A stretch of 64,000 nucleotides of DNA from Acidobacteriota bacterium (lineage in GTDB: Bacteria > Acidobacteriota > UBA6911). The notes below the pieces were generated by a model that was not told where the DNA came from, did no database searches, and saw only the letters and a program-made list of their open reading frames with translations. Below are positions 59,817 through 64,000 of the stretch, piece by piece; the stretch's first letter is position 1; every line of letters starts with the position of its first letter. The translations under genes and the position numbers were made by a program. The stretch lies in contig OY761556.1 in NCBI GenBank assembly GCA_963664705.1, forward strand, positions 2,080,001 through 2,144,000, in the 5' to 3' direction.

Positions 59817-62045
59817 CTACTTCCGTAATTTATCCCCGGAGGCTTCCTGTTTCATCTGCTCTAAAAGCTCGTCCGCCTCGTGAGTTTCCAGGGCTGATTC
59901 CAGTCGCCGCAGGGCTACGCGCACGACGTCCCGATGATGCAGCTTGTAATCAAGACCTTTGCCGGTGAGATTCAGCCACAGTTTATGCAGCAATTCCACA
60001 TCTTCCGGCCACAAGCGCGGTGGATGCGGCCCCAAGTTAAAGAACATCTGTTTCCCGGAGCTCTCGTCGAGGATTTCCAGCGATAATTGCGGTCTGGGAG
60101 CCGGCAAGCGTTCCCAGGCATCTCCAAATGCCTTGGCCTGCTGAGAAGCTGTCATCTTGGCGGATAATCCCATGACGACCAGGCTCGATTTCAGCCGCTG
60201 AGCGACTTCAACGATAGCCCGGTTGTAGTCACGTCCCGGAACGACCAAAAGTTCCACGTGTTTCCCGGCCTTCTCTGCAACGGACACCACGTGCGTGAAC
60301 AGCTGCGCGATTTTATCCGTAAAGATCTGATCGGTTTCGAGCTCAAATCCGCCGGACCCGTGCTGCGACACACGCTTCACTGTCAACGCCACAACATCCA
60401 GCTTCCGGGTATCTACGCGATCGAGGACACGGATCAGGTGCCGCAGTTCGTACGGATTGCGTACCGCGACAAGAACATTGCCGGGACGAAGCCTGACGGA
60501 TTCCTGGGACAGGATCTCCTGCGTTACCAGGCGGAACTTCTCCAGCTCCCCGCCCTGTCTTGCTTTCCTTTTATTGTAATGCTCGGAAATCGCAAAGATG
60601 GTGTAAATACAGACGGTGAAGGTCAGCCCCCAGATGGTAGCCACCTTTTTTGTAAACAGGTTTGTAATTGCAAATCCGAAGAGCACCAGAGTAATGAGGC
60701 CCAATCCCAACGGCAGCTCTTTTCCGAACAGCTTGAGATTCAGCGGCACCTTCCACTGAGGCTCCTCCGGCTGTTTATAACGCAAAACGAGAACTGCGAG
60801 CCCCTGCAGTGCGAAACTCCAGACAATTCCAAAGGCGTAGGCATCGCCCAACAGTTGGATATTGCCGCGTGTCAAAATAATCGTGACAATCTGCAACCCG
60901 ACAATCATGCTGATAATGCGCGCAGTGGTTCCATACTTTTTATGCGGAGTCCGAAACCAGTCCGGAAGCACACGGTCTTCCGCAACTCGGTTGAGAACAC
61001 CATTGGACCCTACAATTGCCGTGTTCACGGCGCCGGAAAGCAGAATAGTGCCTACAATCACAACGAAGGCATGAAACAACAGACGAATGGGGAGCGGGCC
61101 GACGACATTCATCGCCAGGCCACCGATCAGATTATCAATATAGATATGCACTCGTTCGTTGTCGGGAATGATCATCACCGCAAAAAACGAAACCAGCGTG
61201 GTGAAAACCATGCTGTAGACAAAAATAACAATAGCGGCACGCTTCAGATTCTTGAGCTTGGGAGATGCAATTTCCCGGTTAACCTGGGCCAAGCTTTCCT
61301 CTCCGCTCATCGCAAGGACTGAATGTCCCAACCCGATCATGATGGCAAAAACATATATCTGGGTAAAAAAGCTCCCCTTGAGCCAACCTACAGCCTCGTC
61401 ATTGAAGTGAATGGTGCTCAGGGAAGGAAACGGCACCGGATTATAGCCGCGTTGCAGAATGGTGACGATGCACCAGACGATTAGAATCACGACCATCACG
61501 GAGGTTACCTGCATGATGCGCAGCGCCTTCTGACTTGATTCGTGCATTCCGATTATGTTTTTGCGCCAGAAATAAAGCGTCACGAGAATTGTGAAAAAGG
61601 CTGCAAAATAGGGCGGATTGACTTTGAATCCGGGCGATTTCAAAAGATCCGAGGTCTCATTGATGAGGCCGGCCAGGTACAGGCCGGCACTGACTCCGCT
61701 GATGGGCCCGGTCAAGATGTAGTCGAACATCAGAGCGGAAACCGAGACCTTGGCCAGCGTCCCACCCAAGGCTTCATATACCACGCGGTATACGCCGCCC
61801 CGCACGAACATGCTGCAGGCCTCGATATATACAATTCGGACCGCCGACGCAAAAAGCATGATCCCAAGGATGAACCAGGGCGCGGATTTGCCAAGGTATC
61901 CTTCAGAAATACCGGCGGCATAATAGGCCGAGGAACCCAAATCACACAGCACTATAGCCGCCGCTCTCCAGAAGGAAATGAACGACAGCATGACCGTGGT
62001 TGCAACAACTACTTTATTTACACTCGCATCGTCTCGTGCGCTCAT
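59817..62045 (-). CDS. APC-family permease with cytoplasmic C-terminal domain
   Basis: DLGSSAYY, GGVY, DYILTGPIS, SGEES, about 12 TM segments, then a soluble USP-like region. Confidence 0.88.
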   Translation of the reverse strand: MSARDDASVNKVVVATTVMLSFISFWRAAAIVLCDLGSSAYYAAGISEGYLGKSAPWFILGIMLFASAVRIVYIEACSMFVRGGVYRVVYEALGGTLAKVSVSALMFDYILTGPISGVSAGLYLAGLINETSDLLKSPGFKVNPPYFAAFFTILVTLYFWRKNIIGMHESSQKALRIMQVTSVMVVILIVWCIVTILQRGYNPVPFPSLSTIHFNDEAVGWLKGSFFTQIYVFAIMIGLGHSVLAMSGEESLAQVNREIASPKLKNLKRAAIVIFVYSMVFTTLVSFFAVMIIPDNERVHIYIDNLIGGLAMNVVGPLPIRLLFHAFVVIVGTILLSGAVNTAIVGSNGVLNRVAEDRVLPDWFRTPHKKYGTTARIISMIVGLQIVTIILTRGNIQLLGDAYAFGIVWSFALQGLAVLVLRYKQPEEPQWKVPLNLKLFGKELPLGLGLITLVLFGFAITNLFTKKVATIWGLTFTVCIYTIFAISEHYNKRKARQGGELEKFRLVTQEILSQESVRLRPGNVLVAVRNPYELRHLIRVLDRVDTRKLDVVALTVKRVSQHGSGGFELETDQIFTDKIAQLFTHVVSVAEKAGKHVELLVVPGRDYNRAIVEVAQRLKSSLVVMGLSAKMTASQQAKAFGDAWERLPAPRPQLSLEILDESSGKQMFFNLGPHPPRLWPEDVELLHKLWLNLTGKGLDYKLHHRDVVRVALRRLESALETHEADELLEQMKQEASGDKLRK

Positions 62046-62198
62046 AGCTATCCCGTAAGCAAAAGAGCCATGATTGTACCACTGAATGCCCTAAGTTTTA
62101 ATTGCCGGGTTCACAAATAAATCGATGATTGCAAAATGACTGCTAAGCGCTTTGGATGATTGATACTGCGGGGATAAACATGGAGTGGAAATGCCAGC

Positions 62199-62280
62199 AC
62201 CGGGAGCGCCGGCGACTCGCCAGCAAGGGTCTTGTGATTGCTTGCATGGTGCCGATGCCGCCGGGACGGCGACGCTCCCG
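62199..62280. repeat. REP/REPIN-like doublet, copy B
   Basis: accgggagcgccggcgactcgcc ... gccgggacggcgacgctcccg imperfect inverted pair, related to 35749-35910. Confidence 0.7.
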
Positions 62281-62289
62281 ATGCTTCAA

Positions 62290-62898
62290 TTACTTGCGTT
62301 TGATTCTGTAAACGTCCGCATATACTCTACGCAAAGGCGCAACGCAGTATTTGTGAATCAATTCCATGAAGTTTGGCGGATCCGAGATCAGCTCCTCCAG
62401 AAATTCGCCATCAACCCCAAACGAGAGGCGAACGATGTCGGCCTTCCCTTCCCGGGTCTCGACTTTGATGCATTGATGCAAGTCATCCGTGAGATGAAAT
62501 ACATCGCAATTTCGGATCTTCTTTACCTTCTTAAATCCTTCGATCGCATTATCGCGATTGGATTGGTAGTAGGTCTCCAACCTGCGTACGAGCTCGCTGT
62601 AATTGAAGTTTGGAACCTTGTTGTTAACACTCGCCTCAAGGATGCAATCGTCATTTGCGGTCATAAGACTGAGACCGTATGTAAAATCAAGATCACCCTT
62701 GTTGAACTTGATCCGATGACCGGTTTCATCGTGAAAGCGCTTCAATTCCTCAGGAACCTGTATATCAGGATTTTCCTTCTTTTTTTCTGCGGTGATGTAG
62801 TAATCGCTGACACTCAGGTACCACTGATCAATGATGGCTTCCAACGATTTATCGATTAACTCAGCAGTTTTTGGTGGGGTTTTTTTCTTTCCAGGCAA
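62290..62898 (-). CDS. Hypothetical protein (202 aa)
   Basis: TTG start with GAGG SD; Lys/Asp/Glu-rich; no motif recognised. Confidence 0.75.
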   Translation of the reverse strand: MPGKKKTPPKTAELIDKSLEAIIDQWYLSVSDYYITAEKKKENPDIQVPEELKRFHDETGHRIKFNKGDLDFTYGLSLMTANDDCILEASVNNKVPNFNYSELVRRLETYYQSNRDNAIEGFKKVKKIRNCDVFHLTDDLHQCIKVETREGKADIVRLSFGVDGEFLEELISDPPNFMELIHKYCVAPLRRVYADVYRIKRK

Positions 62899-63034
62899 CT
62901 GTCTATTCCTCAGATATGATTAACAGAAAAATTACCGCGCCGGCATGAACCGGAATAGTCAGTATAGCACGGAGCTTTTCACTGATGTTAGCATTTCGGC
63001 TTTAAATGGATATTGGTATGTATTCGATAAATAG

Positions 63035-63094
63035 AAAAACCTGGACACCCATGATTTGTTCGTCAAAAACCTGGACACCCACGATTTGTTCGTC
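63035..63094. repeat. 30-bp tandem duplication, probable terminus of the Y1 transposase element
   Basis: aaaaacctggacaccca(t/c)gatttgttcgtc x2, about 220 nt beyond the transposase stop. Confidence 0.85.
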
Positions 63095-63311
63095 TGACCG
63101 AATGAGGAGTTTCGGAAAGGTCTTGGCGGAAATTCCCGACCGATGATTCATGTTGCTGAGGAATACGGGAAGAAAGCTTGTAATGGGCTTAGCTGTTACT
63201 ACTTGAGGCGAGTAAACAAGCCTGTTGCGAGGAGAGATGCGAAGTCTGGAGGGGCGCGTAGTTTAGGTTCGGAATAGATCCTTTTGATCCGGAATGCAAT
63301 TGGCCTTGAGG

Positions 63312-64000
63312 CTATGTAAAAGCAGACCGAGCGGCCGACAAGCCCTTTATCCAATGCCGGTTGAGCCGTCCCGCGAATTCACGCATGTGCGTCAGGCTGC
63401 CGGCGGCCACCTGGAATGCGGAACCAAAATGCGACACTGTTTCAATCCATTCCTTGGGAATAACTCCAATGCGATTCAGGATCGGGGCAAGACGGCTATC
63501 AATGAACCCGCGCTTGTCAGAGCGAATCATGCGTCCCGATCGGTCGACCAAATCAAAATACTCGGCTGTGGATGTGTCGAGGATACCACGCCGGCTCGGG
63601 GTTGATTGAATTGGGGCCAACCAACAGTCTGCAGAATCCCGAAGAGAAGAGCTCGAAGCAGTTCCGGGTGTTGAGGGAGCATTAATCGTGTCATCAGTTT
63701 GACAAGGAGAACAATCGAAAGCCGGGCCCGAATCACTGGGTTGAGGGGCTGGTTGCTGGGACAAGGATTGGCGATGCCAGGCGCGGATACGCTCCTGAAT
63801 GCTGGTGAAGTCGCTGTCTTCGGGAGTGGAGGCAGCGCCGGCCCGAACCATATTCAGATCCACATAGACCAAGCAAGCTGTAATAGCAGAAGCATCCAGA
63901 AGCACCAGGCATTTAAAGCGAGATTCCCAGAAGCGGCCCTTGACCTTATCTTCCTTGTTAGCCTTGCGAGCGATGAATTCACTGAGTTTGGCCACGAACC
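63312..64000 (-). mobile_element. Y1/HUH-superfamily transposase (RAYT/IS200-like), C-terminal part; N-terminus off window
   Basis: WF..LSEFIARKANKED..KGRFWESRFK, CLVYVDLNMVRAG (catalytic Tyr region), SDFTSIQERI, YFDLVDRSGR.IRSDKRG. Confidence 0.88.

Noticed and set aside
60258-61322. 354-aa antisense ORF over the APC permease (likewise 23052..23975, 30402..31304 and 45100..46035)
   Set aside because: All overlap well-supported genes on the other strand and have no recognisable domains.
63035-63094. 30-bp direct repeats as a mini-CRISPR
   Set aside because: The copies are adjacent with no spacer, and there are no cas genes in the window.

Overview
A 64-kb, gene-dense chromosomal window from a diderm bacterium. 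Gene content and order are most compatible with Acidobacteriota, which is an inference. Most of it is housekeeping: hisS, alaS, valS, ftsY, def-fmt-rsmB-rpe-bamD, aroC, dnaK-dnaJ-hspR, an MlaE/F/D transporter, a peptidoglycan amidase and lytic transglycosylase, PilT, RecX, RadC, and a hemW-ltaE-acyl-CoA dehydrogenase-meaB-mtnP-pfkB run. No rRNA, tRNA or CRISPR array was recognised. The most interesting signal is non-coding. A Y1/HUH (RAYT-like) transposase at the right edge has a tandemly duplicated 30-bp sequence downstream with the core AAATC(A)GTGGGTGTCCA (minus strand). The same core sits at the boundary of a 232-bp tandem duplication that copies a neighbouring gene's 3' end (58.7-59.2 kb). 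A related 11-bp inverted repeat brackets an insert lying between two copies of another gene end (46.8-47.0 kb). Together these suggest an HUH-driven mechanism that duplicates flanking DNA. Other highlights are REPIN-like doublets, frequent leaderless promoter geometry, a RomR-like regulator next to valS, a stand-alone ClpB-NBD2-type ATPase, a Lol-like/Mla/DedA envelope-lipid cluster containing a small ORF with a strong SD, and several uncharacterised operons. All annotations were made by eye from motifs; no database searches were run.
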